A DNA stretch of 32,000 nucleotides from Vicinamibacterales bacterium (GCA_050748045.1 JBOGIW010000125.1:1453-33452), one strand, 5' to 3'; positions 22,426 through 30,770 are shown, counted from the first letter of the stretch. Notes: generated by a model not told the origin, from the sequence alone. Numbers and translations are program-made.

Positions 22426-23619
22426 ATGAAGGCTGCGCGTCCCGTGATGGCGCCCGTGACGGTCCATCCGGTCCGCTCGCGGAGAGAACGCCGCGCCTTC
22501 ATCGCGTTTCCGTACGCCCTCTACCACGGCTGCTCTCACTGGACGGCGCCTCTCCAGCGCGACATGGCCCGCACGCTGAACCACGGGAATCCGTTCCTGG
22601 CGCACGGCGCGATCGCCCCGTTCATCGCCGTCGATGCGGCGGGGTCGGTGGTCGGACGCATCGCGGCCATTGTCAACGGCCGTCACCTCGAGAAGCACCA
22701 GGATGGCGCGGGCTTCTTTGGCTTCTTCGAATGCGTGGAGGACTACGAAGCGGCCGGGGCGCTCTTCGCCGCCGCCGGCGCGTGGCTGCGCAGCCGGGCG
22801 CTGACCGTCATCCGCGGGCCCGTCAACCCCTCGCTCAACGAAAGCTCGGGCCTGCTCGTGGAGGGCTTCGACCGCAGGCCTTCCGTCCTGATGCCCTACA
22901 ACCCTCCCTATTACGAACGCTTCCTGCTCCGCCATGGATTCGAGCGGACGATGACAACGTGGGCGTATCGGGTCGCCGCCGCGGATCTCGATACCGCACG
23001 GCTCGAACGCGGCGCAGCGCTCGTCCGGCAGCGCGCGCCGGGCTTTCACGTCCGGAAGGCGCAGTTGCGACTGCTCGACGAGAAAACGCGAGTGATGTGC
23101 CGCCTCTACAACGAGGCCTTCGCGGAGACGTGGGGGCACGTCCCGCTGAGCGAGAGTGAGTTCCTCCACATGGCACGCGCGATGCGGCCGATTCTCGATC
23201 CGAATCTCGTCCTGTTCCTGGAGCACCACGATCGGCCCGTCGGGTTCTCGTTCTCCGTCCCCGACGTCAACCTCCTGCTGCGCCACGTGCCGGATGGGCG
23301 CGTCTGGCCGTTCGGGATCCTCAGGCTTCTCGCGTCTCGATGGCTGGGACAGCTCCGCGAGTTCCGCGTCGTCGTCCTTGCCCTCCTGCCGGAGTATCGG
23401 GGCAGAGGTCTCGACAGCCTCCTGATTCTCACGACCATTCAGGAGGGGCTGCGTCGCGGCTATGTTGCCAGCGAGTTGAGCTGGATCCTGGACAGTAACA
23501 GGCCGCTCAGGAAGAACCTCGTCAGCCTCGGCGCGTCGATCGACAAGGAGTACGCGCTCTTCGAGCGGACGCTCCGCGAGGAGCGTCCGGCTCGGCCGGT
23601 ATACTGGCTTCATCCGTGA
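22426..23619 (+). CDS. uncharacterised ~400-aa GNAT-fold N-acyltransferase family protein ('MPYNPPYY' family)
   Basis: The ATG immediately follows the upstream TAG (TAGATG). Blocks FIAFPYALY, GRIAAIVN, GFFGFFEC, IRGPVNPSLNESSGLLVEGFD and MPYNPPYYERFL match a widespread family usually annotated only as GNAT. This is recalled, not searched. Met8 (22447) is an alternative start. Confidence 0.6.
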   Translation: MKAARPVMAPVTVHPVRSRRERRAFIAFPYALYHGCSHWTAPLQRDMARTLNHGNPFLAHGAIAPFIAVDAAGSVVGRIAAIVNGRHLEKHQDGAGFFGFFECVEDYEAAGALFAAAGAWLRSRALTVIRGPVNPSLNESSGLLVEGFDRRPSVLMPYNPPYYERFLLRHGFERTMTTWAYRVAAADLDTARLERGAALVRQRAPGFHVRKAQLRLLDEKTRVMCRLYNEAFAETWGHVPLSESEFLHMARAMRPILDPNLVLFLEHHDRPVGFSFSVPDVNLLLRHVPDGRVWPFGILRLLASRWLGQLREFRVVVLALLPEYRGRGLDSLLILTTIQEGLRRGYVASELSWILDSNRPLRKNLVSLGASIDKEYALFERTLREERPARPVYWLHP

Positions 23620-23629
23620 GCGCGCCATC

Positions 23630-24412
23630 GTGGAAGCATCCGGGAACTGGCGATTTCGCAGCAGCGCATCGGAACCCGCCAGAGCGGCGGTCATCGTCGC
23701 GCACGGCCTGAACAACAGGCCCGAGGCGATGGATCCGATCGCCGGGTGTCTGAATCACCACGGCTTTCACGCGCTCCGCGTCTCGTTCCACGACCGCGCA
23801 TCCAGACCGGAGGGGCTGCCCTCGTGCTGGCTGTCGGAGATGGCCGGCGGCTATCGTGAGCTCGAGGCGCGGTATCCCGAGCTTCCCGTGTACAACCTCA
23901 GTTTTTCTCTGGGCGCCCTGGTGACGATCCGTTTCCTCGAGCTGGAGGGAGCGGCGCGCTTCGAGAGGATGGTGTTTCTTGCGCCGGCGATTGCGTTGAC
24001 GCGGCGCGCAGGCCTCGTGCGCTGCCTCAGGCCGCTGCGCTCTCTCGGCCTTTCGCTGCCAAGCGTGGCGCCTCGATCCTTGCGTGCGCGCGACGCCACA
24101 CCGATTGCCGAGTACGCGGCGATGCTCGACCTGATGGACTACGCGCGTATCGTCAGTCGCCGGGTTGGGCGCATCCCGACCGCCGTGCTGGCGAGCCGGC
24201 GCGACGAGGTCGTGAGCTTCGAGGGGATCGAGTCGTGGATGCGGCGCAACAGGCTGGAAAACTGGACCCTGAAGGCCGTCCATCCCGAGGCCTCGCCTGC
24301 GCCGTGCCTGTCGTACGAGCACCTGTCCGTGCTCGAGACCGTGCGGCAGCCCAGCTCGCGCCTCCACCGCGAGATCCTGCGCCACTTCGGGGTCAGAACG
24401 GGGTCAGAGTGA
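23630..24412 (+). CDS. alpha/beta-fold hydrolase (lysophospholipase/esterase-like)
   Basis: GTG start 10 nt after the upstream stop. Oxyanion region AAVIVAHGLNN, nucleophile elbow NLSFSLGALV, acid SRRDEVV, and His in YEHLSV. 260 aa. Confidence 0.8.
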   Translation: MEASGNWRFRSSASEPARAAVIVAHGLNNRPEAMDPIAGCLNHHGFHALRVSFHDRASRPEGLPSCWLSEMAGGYRELEARYPELPVYNLSFSLGALVTIRFLELEGAARFERMVFLAPAIALTRRAGLVRCLRPLRSLGLSLPSVAPRSLRARDATPIAEYAAMLDLMDYARIVSRRVGRIPTAVLASRRDEVVSFEGIESWMRRNRLENWTLKAVHPEASPAPCLSYEHLSVLETVRQPSSRLHREILRHFGVRTGSE

Positions 24413-24493
24413 CGATGCGGGGCGACTCAACTTCCACGGGCTGGCCTGATCATTGCTCGCCTGCCACGGCCCGCCGTCCACCGGCCGGAACGT

Positions 24494-25012
24494 TCAAGCG
24501 TCCTCGCTGCCCGTGGTCAACCGGCCGGCCAGGCGCGCAATCTGCGCGTCGTCCAGGCGACAGACGCGCCAGTCGGTGAGCACACTTGCGCCCAGGCCCC
24601 TGTAGAACCGGATGGCCGACTCGTTCCAATCCAGCACCATCCACTCGAAGCGCGCACACCGGTTGCGCATGGCAATGTCCGCCAGGCAAGCCATGAGAGC
24701 GTGGCCGATGCCCTTGCCGCGATACGCGGCGTCCACGAAAAGATCATCCAGCCACAGGCCACGCTTGCCGACCATCGTCTCGAAGGTGAAGAAGTACGTC
24801 GCGTAGGCGGCGGGCGTGCCGGCGGCGAAGGCAAGGAGCGCGTGGCCCGCCGGCGCGTCGCCGAAGAGCGCTTCTCGAAGCGACTCTTCCGTTGCGGAGA
24901 CCGTCAGCTTCTCGAGCGCCGCCATGGACCGGATGAACGCCAGGAGCTGCGGCACATCAGCGCTCGCGCCTGCCCGGACCTCAATGTCGATGTCTTTGGC
25001 TCTCAGTATCAT
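24494..25012 (-). CDS. GNAT family N-acetyltransferase (small, diamine/SSAT-like)
   Basis: ORF 24494-25192 trimmed to the ATG at 25012 (MILRAKDIDIEVR…, 172 aa). Acetyl-CoA motif DLFVDAAYRGKGIGHALM, then FEWMVLDWNESAIRFYRGLGA. Confidence 0.9.
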   Translation of the reverse strand: MILRAKDIDIEVRAGASADVPQLLAFIRSMAALEKLTVSATEESLREALFGDAPAGHALLAFAAGTPAAYATYFFTFETMVGKRGLWLDDLFVDAAYRGKGIGHALMACLADIAMRNRCARFEWMVLDWNESAIRFYRGLGASVLTDWRVCRLDDAQIARLAGRLTTGSEDA

Positions 25013-25181
25013 GCCCGGGTCCTCGCTCGGGTGACGGGCTCGGCGAGCCGGTGGTTGCTCGCCGCATGTGCATCGCCATCCTACCGCCACGCCACGCTTC
25101 GGAGTTGCGGTTGTCTGGAGCCGAGAGTAGTCTGTCGGTTCGAGAGGCGCGTGCGGACGCCGCTCGGGCAGGAGGTCGGTC

Positions 25182-25616
25182 ATGGCGGACACGATTCGGC
25201 TCGTGGAGTACTTCTACATCACGACGCCCAACAAGGCCGGTGAGGGCGCGCGCGCCCTGGCGACGCTCAGGGACGCGGGCGTCAACCTGATCGCCTTCTC
25301 AGGCTTCCCGGAGGGCCGGCGCGCGCAACTCGACTTCATTCCCGCCGACCCGGCGGCCTTCAAGCAGGCGGCGAAGCGGGCGAAGTGGAAGGTGGTCGGC
25401 TCCAAGCGCGGCTTCCTGATGCAGGGCGACGACCGCGTGGGCGCCGTTGCGGACCTCCTGGAACGGCTGGGCGCGGCGAACATCAACGTGACGGCAATCG
25501 ACGCGGTCTGCGCCGACGGACGGTACGGCGCGATCTTCTGGGTCGCGCCGAAAGACGTCAAGAAGGCCGCGGCGCTGCTGGGCGCGTCGGCGCCGACCGC
25601 GGCTCCTGCACCGTAG
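25182..25616 (+). CDS. small tandem ACT-like domain protein (function unknown)
   Basis: 144 aa. There are two halves with an ACT-like pattern: YFYITTPNKAGEGARALATLRDAGVNLIAF and FLMQGDDRVGAVADLLERLGAANINVTAI. Confidence 0.55.
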   Translation: MADTIRLVEYFYITTPNKAGEGARALATLRDAGVNLIAFSGFPEGRRAQLDFIPADPAAFKQAAKRAKWKVVGSKRGFLMQGDDRVGAVADLLERLGAANINVTAIDAVCADGRYGAIFWVAPKDVKKAAALLGASAPTAAPAP

Positions 25617-25631
25617 CGTTGGGCGGGCGCG

Positions 25632-25970
25632 TCAGAGGCTCAGCACGTCGCGGAGCTTGTCCTCGACCGCCTGCAGTTCTGGAACTGGAAGCTCGCCCAC
25701 CTTGACGGCAATCATGTCTTGCTTGATGGTTCGGACGATGCCCGTGACGATCGAGGGATAGATTAGGCCGGACCGGCGCCACGCCTTGATCCTGTAGTCT
25801 CCGAGCAGCAGGCGACTGGTGTTGCTCGTGATGGCCGCAAGGATCGCCTCTCGTCGAGCCCGATGATAACCGTCGCTGCTGATGATGAGACCGGGGCGTT
25901 GTTTAGCGCCCTTCTCGTCGGCGAAGACGAACTTGACCAGGACGATGTCGCCGCGGCTACAGCTTGTCAT
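25632..25970 (-). CDS. type II toxin, MazF/PemK family endoribonuclease
   Basis: 112 aa. RGDIVLVKFVFADEKGAKQRPGLIISSD…AAITSN is the typical PemK/MazF N-terminal signature. It overlaps the upstream antitoxin ORF by 14 nt. Confidence 0.85.
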   Translation of the reverse strand: MTSCSRGDIVLVKFVFADEKGAKQRPGLIISSDGYHRARREAILAAITSNTSRLLLGDYRIKAWRRSGLIYPSIVTGIVRTIKQDMIAVKVGELPVPELQAVEDKLRDVLSL

Positions 25971-26214
25971 ACCCGGCGTCCCGTGGGTTGTTCCACAGGT
26001 CGGCCAGGACCGGATCGGCGCGCTCGTTCAGGGCGACGAGACTGGCGGCTGACAGCTCATCGGCCAGGTCCCGCTTCAGGCGCGCCTCGACGGCTTCCCA
26101 CACGTACTCACGGATCGACTGATCACGCTTCGCGGCCGCGATGTGAATGCGCCGGCGCGCTTCGCGAGGGACGTCAATGCTCAACCGGGCCCGACGCTCG
26201 TGGGTGCTCGCCAT
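25957..26214 (-). CDS. ribbon-helix-helix (CopG/MazE-like) antitoxin
   Basis: ORF 25957-26244 trimmed to the ATG at 26214 (MASTHERRARLSIDVPREARRRIHIAAAKRDQSIREYVWEAVEARL, a beta-strand followed by two helices). ATG 26226 is also possible. The 26244 start would lie inside the operator palindrome. Confidence 0.65.
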   Translation of the reverse strand: MASTHERRARLSIDVPREARRRIHIAAAKRDQSIREYVWEAVEARLKRDLADELSAASLVALNERADPVLADLWNNPRDAGYDKL

Positions 26215-26241
26215 CTTGACCACCATGTCGAGCCACGTTGG

Positions 26242-26259
26242 CACGTTTACGTAAACGTG
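26242..26259. promoter_or_regulatory. perfect 18-bp palindrome CACGTTTACGTAAACGTG, putative antitoxin operator
   Basis: Read directly. It lies 16-28 nt upstream of the antitoxin start and overlaps a minus-strand TTGACA (26263-26258). An extra CACGTT half-site is at 26234-26239. Confidence 0.55.
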
Positions 26260-26524
26260 TCAAGGTGACTGAACATGAACTGCCTCGTGCAACCCCTGGC
26301 GAATCGGTCCTACAAGCCGCGTCCCGGCGTGCATGACGTAGACACGAAGCTTCGGGTGACCGAGCAGTTCCTCTTCGAGCAGGAGCGGACTGTGCAAACT
26401 CGCCCGGTACCGGCCAAAGCCGAGATAAATCCTCCTTCGGTGTGCCCGGTGTGCCGGCGTTCGGCCCGAGTGGCCGCGTCACGAGACCGAGCGGCCCGGC
26501 TGTTGTGTCGGGCAATCACTCACG

Positions 26525-27319
26525 TCACGAGTCTCGATACCGCTCGGGTGCGTATCGATTTGCAATCAAACCGGTGGCGGCCTCGACATCGATGGCCTGC
26601 ACCAGCACGCCTTCCTGCCCGTACGGCAGGTACGCCTGGCACTGCCCCGACGGGGCGATGAGACTCGTCGCCGACTCCTGGAAGCGCAACGCGTAGTTGA
26701 CGCTGGCAAAATAGACCGTGTTCTCGATGCTCCGCAGCATCATCGCCTTCTCGTAGTACGGCGCGCTGGCGGCGCCCCACTGCGTCAAACGGACACCTTC
26801 GCGATCGCTCCCCGTGTGGTGGGGATGAAAGACGACCTTGGCGCCCCGCACCGCCGCCCATCGCACCGTCTCGGGATAGCGCCAGCCCTCATGGCAGATC
26901 GCCACGCCACACTTGATCCCGTTGATCTCGAAGAGTCGCCGCGTATGTCCGGGCACATAGAACCGGTCTTCGCTCGGGTCCAGCTGGTTCTTGGTCTGGT
27001 ATCCCTGAACCTGGCCCGTGGCGTCGATGACAACGGCGGCAATCTGCCGGCCCGCCTCCGAGAGCCGTTCCATCCCGAGGATCGTGGCCACCGCGTACGT
27101 CCGCGCCCACTCGGTCACGGCCTGAAGCACACGGTCCTGCTGCCTCTCGTCGAAGGGCAGTACGTCGAAGTCCTGTCCACGCAGACCCGGGAGATACGCT
27201 TCCGGGAAACACACGATCTCCGCGCCCTGGGCCGACGCGTCCGAGAGCAGCCGCTGAACCTTGTCCAGGCCCTCGTCCAGCGTCGACGCGACACCCGGCG
27301 ACGCCAGCGCAACGATCAT
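26525..27319 (-). CDS. carbon-nitrogen hydrolase (nitrilase superfamily) protein
   Basis: 264 aa. Glu-Lys-Cys triad contexts CFPEAYLPG, YQTKNQL and GVAICHEGWRYPE. Confidence 0.9.
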   Translation of the reverse strand: MIVALASPGVASTLDEGLDKVQRLLSDASAQGAEIVCFPEAYLPGLRGQDFDVLPFDERQQDRVLQAVTEWARTYAVATILGMERLSEAGRQIAAVVIDATGQVQGYQTKNQLDPSEDRFYVPGHTRRLFEINGIKCGVAICHEGWRYPETVRWAAVRGAKVVFHPHHTGSDREGVRLTQWGAASAPYYEKAMMLRSIENTVYFASVNYALRFQESATSLIAPSGQCQAYLPYGQEGVLVQAIDVEAATGLIANRYAPERYRDS

Positions 27320-27449
27320 GGATCCCCGTCGAGGAGAATGGGGCCGCCCGCGATCGAGACGCCGTCGCGTCCCCTGACCGGTACGTTACATCCGGATCGT
27401 TGGCGATCATCCGGTCGAGACTCGACGCTGAGGTGTGCTGTGGGAGGAT

Positions 27450-27525
27450 TGGTGGCCAGGGACAGAATCGAACTGCCGACACCGTGATTTTCAGTCACGT
27501 GCTCTACCAACTGAGCTACCTGGCC
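27450..27525 (-). tRNA. tRNA-Phe (anticodon GAA), CCA encoded
   Basis: Minus strand GGCCAGGTAGCTCAGTTGGTAGAGCACGTGACTGAAAATCACGGTGTCGGCAGTTCGATTCTGTCCCTGGCCACCA. Acceptor GGCCAGG/CCTGGCC, D-arm GCTC/GAGC, anticodon stem CGTGA/TCACG with loop CTGAAAA, and T-arm GGCAG/CTGTC with loop TTCGATT. 76 nt. Confidence 0.95.
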
Positions 27526-27812
27526 ACTCTGGTGAGCGCCGTGCAGAAACAGACGTCGGAGTATAGCACGGCGGGTCCGCCGCTCGAATCGACGCGCCCA
27601 CGGCGACAAGGACGTGGCGTCGCGGGTGAGGGGCAGCCGCGCCTCGTCCCAGACAGGCGCTCCACGAGCACGCCGCGCTCCGGCGCTTCGACAGGCGTAC
27701 AGCGAAACGCCGCCAGCGCCTGGCCGGCGGCGCATGTGCACGGCGTCACGAACGCCGGGAGTACCTCGGACGCCTCCGCCTGCGTTGTGTGGGACGGCGG
27801 TCGCGGGGGACA

Positions 27813-27834
27813 GCGGACCGGAGCGCCGGTCCGC
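27813..27834 (-). terminator. hairpin 18 nt downstream of the TonB-dependent receptor stop (no clear U-tract)
   Basis: GCGGACCGG-agcg-CCGGTCCGC forms a perfect 9-bp stem. Confidence 0.35.
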
Positions 27835-27851
27835 CGTCGTCCGCGCTGGTC

Positions 27852-30770
27852 TCAGAACGAGAACCGGATGCCGATCTGCCCCGTCCGGGAGCTGGCGGAG
27901 CTGCGCCGGAGCGTCCTCAAGATGAGGAAGCTGCTCAGGCGCCGATCGGCCACGTTGTTACTCGTCGGGTTGACGAAGTTCGCGCGGTCCGTGAGATTGA
28001 AGATTTCGCCGAACACCTGCAACCGTTGCGATCGTGGCATCCTGACCGAGTAGCCCACCCGCAGATCGAGCTGGAAGAAGTCCGGCCCACGGGCGCCGTT
28101 CGGCCCGCCCATGTTCTCGACCGTGATCGCGTTCGCCCCGACGCCGCTGTACGTGCCGGGCGGGAGGAATTCGTCGTCGAACCGGCCGTTCTGGTTCAGA
28201 TCGAACGTTGAATCGGTCAAGGGGAACGGCGTGCCGCTCATGTAGCGCAGGACGGGGCTCAGGGTCAGGTTCGGAAGGCGCGGGAACTCCACCGTCCCGT
28301 TGATCGACAGGATGTGCGGGCGATCGTCGTCGGAGGGCCCGATGTTCTCATCGAGCCGCAAGTCGTCCCCGACCTGCGTCACGATAATCCCGTTGAGGGC
28401 CCCATCCGTGGTGCCGCGCGTGCGCGAGCGCGTATAGGACAGGCGGAAGCTGTACCCCTGGCTGAAACGCTTGTCGAACATCAACTGCAGGGCGTCATAG
28501 TTGTACCAGCCGACGTTGACCGATTCCCACACGTTCTGCACGAACGCGGGATTCGGGCGCACGACGCCTGCCAGGCGTGACGTGCTCCTCCGCACCGGCG
28601 GATTCAGGTTTCTCCGCATCAACTGGTCGCCGTTCTCGGCGCGAATGTAATCGACGGTCAACGCCATGTTTCCGAAGAGCTGCTGCTGGTACCCAACCGT
28701 GTACTGCCGTGAGAACGAGTTCCGGCGATCCGGCGTGTCGAGGAACACGTCGCCCTCGTTTCTGTCCAGCGTCCCCGGCGGGAACTGCTGGGCGAGCAGG
28801 TCGCGGTTCACCACCGGCCCGTTGACGAGGAAAGGATCGGTCGGGCCCTGGCCACGCGACGGTCCGGGATCGACGCCGTTCGCGGGGAAGAAGACCTGGA
28901 ACGAATCGGCGAACACGCCATTGGAGATGAAGTTCCCCAGCGGGCCGAACCCGGTCTTCTGGTAGAAGAGCCCGAACCCGCCCCGAACGACCGCCCGGCC
29001 GAGATCGTCGAGCGCGTAATTCACGCCCACGCGTGGCGAGATGTTGTTCGTATCCACCGGGTGATCGTTCTCGGCCGCGAAGTTCGGGTTGTCGCGCTGG
29101 GGGATCGGGATGTTCTCCAGGTCGTACCGGACGCCGAGGCTCACGGTGGTTCGCGGGTTCAGCTTCCACTTGTCCTGTGCGAAGAGGCCGATGAAGTGCC
29201 CCTTGATGAGGTAATCGATCGCGCCCGGCACGCGGACCTGCAGCCGCTCCGGGTAGGTTCTCGGGTCCGCGGCATTGAACGGCTGGTCGGTGTTGAAGAA
29301 GAAGGTGCCGTTCATGTTGCCTTCGGACTGGAACAGCAGCGGCGCGTACACGTACTGGAGGCCGAACTTCGTGTCGTGGTCCCCGGCCTTGTTCGGCACG
29401 AACCAGGCGAACGTCTCGTCGAAGCCGTAGGTCCGATCCTTCCGCCGGCTGTGCCGCGAGCTTTGCTGGTCGAGGAAGGTCAGCATGTCCAGCGTGGGCG
29501 GCAAGGCCGCCTGGCTGTTGGTCTCGAAAAAGGCCGGGTTGCCGAAGGTCACATCCTCCTGCGTCACATGAATCCGGACGGTGTTCACCCTCGAGCCTCC
29601 GATCACCGAGTTGATGGAACCCGAATACGTCCAGTCGATGTCGGTCTCCTTTTCACGGGTGGCCTCGGTTCTGGTTGCCGCCGTCAACTGGTCAGACTGG
29701 GGAGACCATTCCTGCAGCCAGCGGATCGCCCAGGTGTGGTTCGGGTTGATCTGATGGTCGAACCGAAGGAGCGCGTTCCAGACCCGATCCTTCCACACCA
29801 CGTTGCGATTGAACTCCGGTCGCGCCGGGATGTTGACCGTCACGGGCCGATCCTGGGTCACCCGCTCGAGGCTGGAGAAGAAATGCGCCTTGTTGAGCAT
29901 GATCGGGCCGCCGAGCGTTCCGCCCCACTGCCGCTCGTTGTTGTCCGGCTTGTCGAGATTGAACTGACGCGAGAAGAACTCTTTTTTCGTGATGGCGGAA
30001 TCCTTGAAGAAGCCGAACGCAGACCCCCGAAACTGGTTCGTCCCCTGCTTGGAAATGGCGTTGAGGATCCCGCCGGACGCCGATCCGAACTCCGCATCGT
30101 ACTGGCTGGTCACGACCTGGAACTCCTGCACGGTTTCGATCGGCGGCCGCACCTGCGCGCCGCCCGCGCCCCCGTTCCACATGTCGTTGTTGTAGCCGCC
30201 GTCCAGCGCATAGTTGGTGTTCGCGAACGGCTGGCCGTTGATGCTCACCGAGTCGGCGCCCCACGAGGTCAACTCGGCCGCCACGACTCCGGGCAGCAAC
30301 TGCATGTACCCGGTCAGGTTCCGATTCACCGTTGGCGTATCGATCAGCTCGCGGGACGCCAGGTTGCCCCCGATTTCCTTCGAGGTCACGTCGACGAGGG
30401 GCGACTCGCCGGTGACCGTGACGGTCTCCTCGAGCCGGCCCACTTCGAGCCGGATGGTGATGCTGGTGGCCTGTCCGACCGCGAGCCGGACATCGGAGCG
30501 GGTGAACCGCTTGAATCCCTGCAGCTCGGCAGTGATTTCGTACGTGCCGGGCGGCATCGCCGTCAGGAAGTAGGAGCCGTCCGTGTTGCTGACGACCTCG
30601 CGAAACTGTCCTGAATCCTGATTGCGGACGTGGATCGTGACGCCGGGCATGACGGCGCCCTGCTCGTCGACCACGCGCCCCCGAAGCTCGGAATAATTCT
30701 GCTGGGCCAGTGCTGGCGCGAGCGCCACGCACCACATCGCGATGGTGAGAACCAGACTGGATCGGCGCAT
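27852..30770 (-). CDS. TonB-dependent receptor-like outer-membrane protein with N-terminal carboxypeptidase-regulatory-like domain
   Basis: 972 aa with SD GAGGAGG. Signal peptide MRRSSLVLTIAMWCVALAPALAQQ. CarboxypepD_reg pattern LRGRVVDEQGAVMPGVTIHVRN…TDGSYFLTAMPPGTYEITAELQGF. A plug-like region is followed by a long beta-barrel ending …IGIRFSF (terminal Phe). Confidence 0.85.
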   Translation of the reverse strand: MRRSSLVLTIAMWCVALAPALAQQNYSELRGRVVDEQGAVMPGVTIHVRNQDSGQFREVVSNTDGSYFLTAMPPGTYEITAELQGFKRFTRSDVRLAVGQATSITIRLEVGRLEETVTVTGESPLVDVTSKEIGGNLASRELIDTPTVNRNLTGYMQLLPGVVAAELTSWGADSVSINGQPFANTNYALDGGYNNDMWNGGAGGAQVRPPIETVQEFQVVTSQYDAEFGSASGGILNAISKQGTNQFRGSAFGFFKDSAITKKEFFSRQFNLDKPDNNERQWGGTLGGPIMLNKAHFFSSLERVTQDRPVTVNIPARPEFNRNVVWKDRVWNALLRFDHQINPNHTWAIRWLQEWSPQSDQLTAATRTEATREKETDIDWTYSGSINSVIGGSRVNTVRIHVTQEDVTFGNPAFFETNSQAALPPTLDMLTFLDQQSSRHSRRKDRTYGFDETFAWFVPNKAGDHDTKFGLQYVYAPLLFQSEGNMNGTFFFNTDQPFNAADPRTYPERLQVRVPGAIDYLIKGHFIGLFAQDKWKLNPRTTVSLGVRYDLENIPIPQRDNPNFAAENDHPVDTNNISPRVGVNYALDDLGRAVVRGGFGLFYQKTGFGPLGNFISNGVFADSFQVFFPANGVDPGPSRGQGPTDPFLVNGPVVNRDLLAQQFPPGTLDRNEGDVFLDTPDRRNSFSRQYTVGYQQQLFGNMALTVDYIRAENGDQLMRRNLNPPVRRSTSRLAGVVRPNPAFVQNVWESVNVGWYNYDALQLMFDKRFSQGYSFRLSYTRSRTRGTTDGALNGIIVTQVGDDLRLDENIGPSDDDRPHILSINGTVEFPRLPNLTLSPVLRYMSGTPFPLTDSTFDLNQNGRFDDEFLPPGTYSGVGANAITVENMGGPNGARGPDFFQLDLRVGYSVRMPRSQRLQVFGEIFNLTDRANFVNPTSNNVADRRLSSFLILRTLRRSSASSRTGQIGIRFSF

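Noticed and set aside
13944-24412. Assigning the operon to hopanoid side-chain/methylation biosynthesis (HpnP/HpnR/HpnJ radical SAMs plus the HpnO aminotransferase).
   Set aside because: There is no squalene-hopene cyclase, HpnH, HpnG or glycosyltransferase in the window. The aminotransferase is fused to an AAR-like reductase, which is not part of that pathway. The N-termini of the radical SAM proteins do not match what I recall of HpnJ. I cannot exclude this without phylogeny, so it is kept only as an alternative to test.
26275-26661. The 128-aa + strand ORF, and the 113-aa and 69-aa minus-strand ORFs, in the gap between the antitoxin and the CN-hydrolase.
   Set aside because: They have no recognisable motifs, overlap the CN-hydrolase 3' end or each other, and have atypical composition. 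The region is treated as non-coding with a possible gene remnant (see findings).
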